From contig CAWDML010000010.1 in the NCBI GenBank assembly GCA_963803435.1, forward strand, positions 64,001 through 128,000: DNA of 64,000 nt. Reading direction: 5' to 3'. The DNA comes from an uncultured delta proteobacterium (lineage in GTDB: Bacteria > Myxococcota > Kuafuiibacteriia > Kuafuiibacteriales > Kuafuiibacteriaceae). Position 1 is the first letter of the stretch; every line of letters starts with the position of its first letter. Position numbers and translations under genes: made by a program. A model generated the notes under the pieces. It did no database searches, was not told where the DNA came from, and worked only from the letters and a program-made list of their open reading frames with translations. This document shows positions 62,721 to 64,000 of the stretch, in pieces.

Positions 62721-62793
62721 TCCCCTGGTAGCTCCCCGAATCGTTTGAACGGGGCGACGTGCGCCGGGCGCCGTTGGCCCGCGCGAGGCGTCT

Positions 62794-64000
62794 ATGAAAC
62801 GAGCGCGTCCGGTGGCGATCTGGGTCGTCACCGCGTCCGGTGTCTTCGCCGGTCGACCAAGCATCGCCGAGGCCGCGGGTCCGTCGTGTGAGGAGAAGAT
62901 CACCCGCAGCACCATCGTGGCCTGCGCGCTCGCGGGCGGAACCGGCCGCCGGATCGCGATCGAAGAGCAGCGAGCGGCCGAGGGCCGGGTCGAGGCCGCC
63001 GGCGTGGTCCTGCCCTCCAATCCCGAGCTGTCGCTGGAGGCGGCCCGTCGCTGGGCGCCGGATGCGGGCTCGACCTTCGACTGGAGCGCCTCGCTCTCCC
63101 AGACCTTCGAGATCGGCGGCCAGCGCTCGGCGCGCCTCGAGCTCGCGGAGGGCATGCACGCGCGCTCGTCGGCGAGCGTGCGGGTCATCTCGCGGGCCAT
63201 CGCAGCCTCCGCGTTGATCGCCTACCTCGACGTGCTCGCCGCTCTCGAGCTGCTCCAGCTGACGGACCGCCTCGCGGAGGCCGCAGGGACGCTGACCACG
63301 GTCGTCCAGGCGCGCTCCGCCGAGGGCGTGGCCGCGCCGCTCGACGCGGCGGTCGCCTATGCGGCGGGCGTCCAGCTCCTCCGGGCCCGCGCTCGGGCCG
63401 AGCGCCGCTGGGAAGAGCGGCGCGCCGAGCTGGCGGTCCGCCTCGGGCTCGATCCGCGGGCGCCGCCCAGGATCGAGGGCGAGGTGGCGCCCCTGACCGT
63501 GTCCTCGACCGACGCCGCGGTGCTCCTCGCCGGCGCCGACCGCGAACGGCCCGAGCTCGTCGCCGCCAAGGCCGAGCACCGGGCGGCCCTCGCCGCGGTG
63601 GAAGTGCTGCGCAGGGAGCGGATTCCGAATCTGACCCTGTCCATCTTCGTCGCCCACGATGGATTCGACGAGCGGGTCGCCGGCGGCGCGCTCGCTCTCC
63701 CCATCCCGCTCCCGTCGCCGCTGGGGCGCGTGAACGCAGGAGAGATTGCAGGAGCCGAGGCTCGCGAGCGTCGCTCGGCCCTCGAGCTCGAGCAGCTGCG
63801 GCGCAACGTGCACCTCGAGGTGGTCTCGGCGCTCGCCGACTTCGAGAGCCGCACCCGTGAGCTCCGGCTCTTCGACTCCGAGCACGCACGCCGCGCCGAA
63901 CAGACGCTGTCGGCCCTGGCCGAGGAGATCGCGTCGGGTCGTCTCGGCGCGCGGGACGCATTGACCTCGGAGCAGGCGCTCCTCGAGCTCCTCCGAGCCC
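62794..64000 (+). CDS. TolC family outer-membrane efflux protein (CzcC-like), partial
   Basis: Open frame from ATG 62794 to the window end; signal peptide, LPSNPELSL, LSQTFEIGGQR, ERIPNLTL. Confidence 0.8.
   Translation, partial: MKRARPVAIWVVTASGVFAGRPSIAEAAGPSCEEKITRSTIVACALAGGTGRRIAIEEQRAAEGRVEAAGVVLPSNPELSLEAARRWAPDAGSTFDWSASLSQTFEIGGQRSARLELAEGMHARSSASVRVISRAIAASALIAYLDVLAALELLQLTDRLAEAAGTLTTVVQARSAEGVAAPLDAAVAYAAGVQLLRARARAERRWEERRAELAVRLGLDPRAPPRIEGEVAPLTVSSTDAAVLLAGADRERPELVAAKAEHRAALAAVEVLRRERIPNLTLSIFVAHDGFDERVAGGALALPIPLPSPLGRVNAGEIAGAEARERRSALELEQLRRNVHLEVVSALADFESRTRELRLFDSEHARRAEQTLSALAEEIASGRLGARDALTSEQALLELLRA

Noticed and set aside
58742-62745. Recurring GAT(C/T)C...CGTT ECF-like promoter pattern before both Pro-rich paralogs and tolC
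   Set aside because: Spacers differ (17, 21 and 18 nt) and the copies overlap coding ends, so chance cannot be excluded

Overview
GC-rich (roughly 70% by eye) bacterial chromosomal window. The gene content (Cys-rich lipoproteins, a Ser/Thr kinase-TPR pair, a TIGR02996-like segment, a myxobacterial-type NusA insert) suggests Myxococcota. Core features: (1) a ten-gene branched-chain amino acid operon, ilvD-ilvN-ilvC-leuA-leuC-leuD-leuB-ilvE-ilvB-cimA, preceded by a Leu/Ile-rich leader-peptide attenuator that is not in the ORF track; (2) a divergent sigma54-type amt + porin operon; (3) a tgt paralog coupled to an MnmD-like methyltransferase; (4) an RDD-SpoIIM-DUF4129/DUF4350-MoxR-DUF58 operon; (5) the start of a TolC/CzcC-type efflux locus. 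Most unusual: a stand-alone 248-aa protein built from the RNA polymerase beta' clamp, with the Zn ribbon and lid removed; a NusA N-terminal domain fused to an unrelated ~500-aa region; a tandem-duplicated [Pro-rich protein + exported cargo] cassette, one cargo carrying a colicin D-like tRNase domain with no canonical immunity gene; and a frameshifted FAD-oxidoreductase/ATP-grasp fusion. Several relics are present (IS91-like transposase, group II intron, btpA, alpha/beta-hydrolase, MFS tail). No rRNA, tRNA or CRISPR array was seen. All family calls come from motif recognition by eye; no searches were run.
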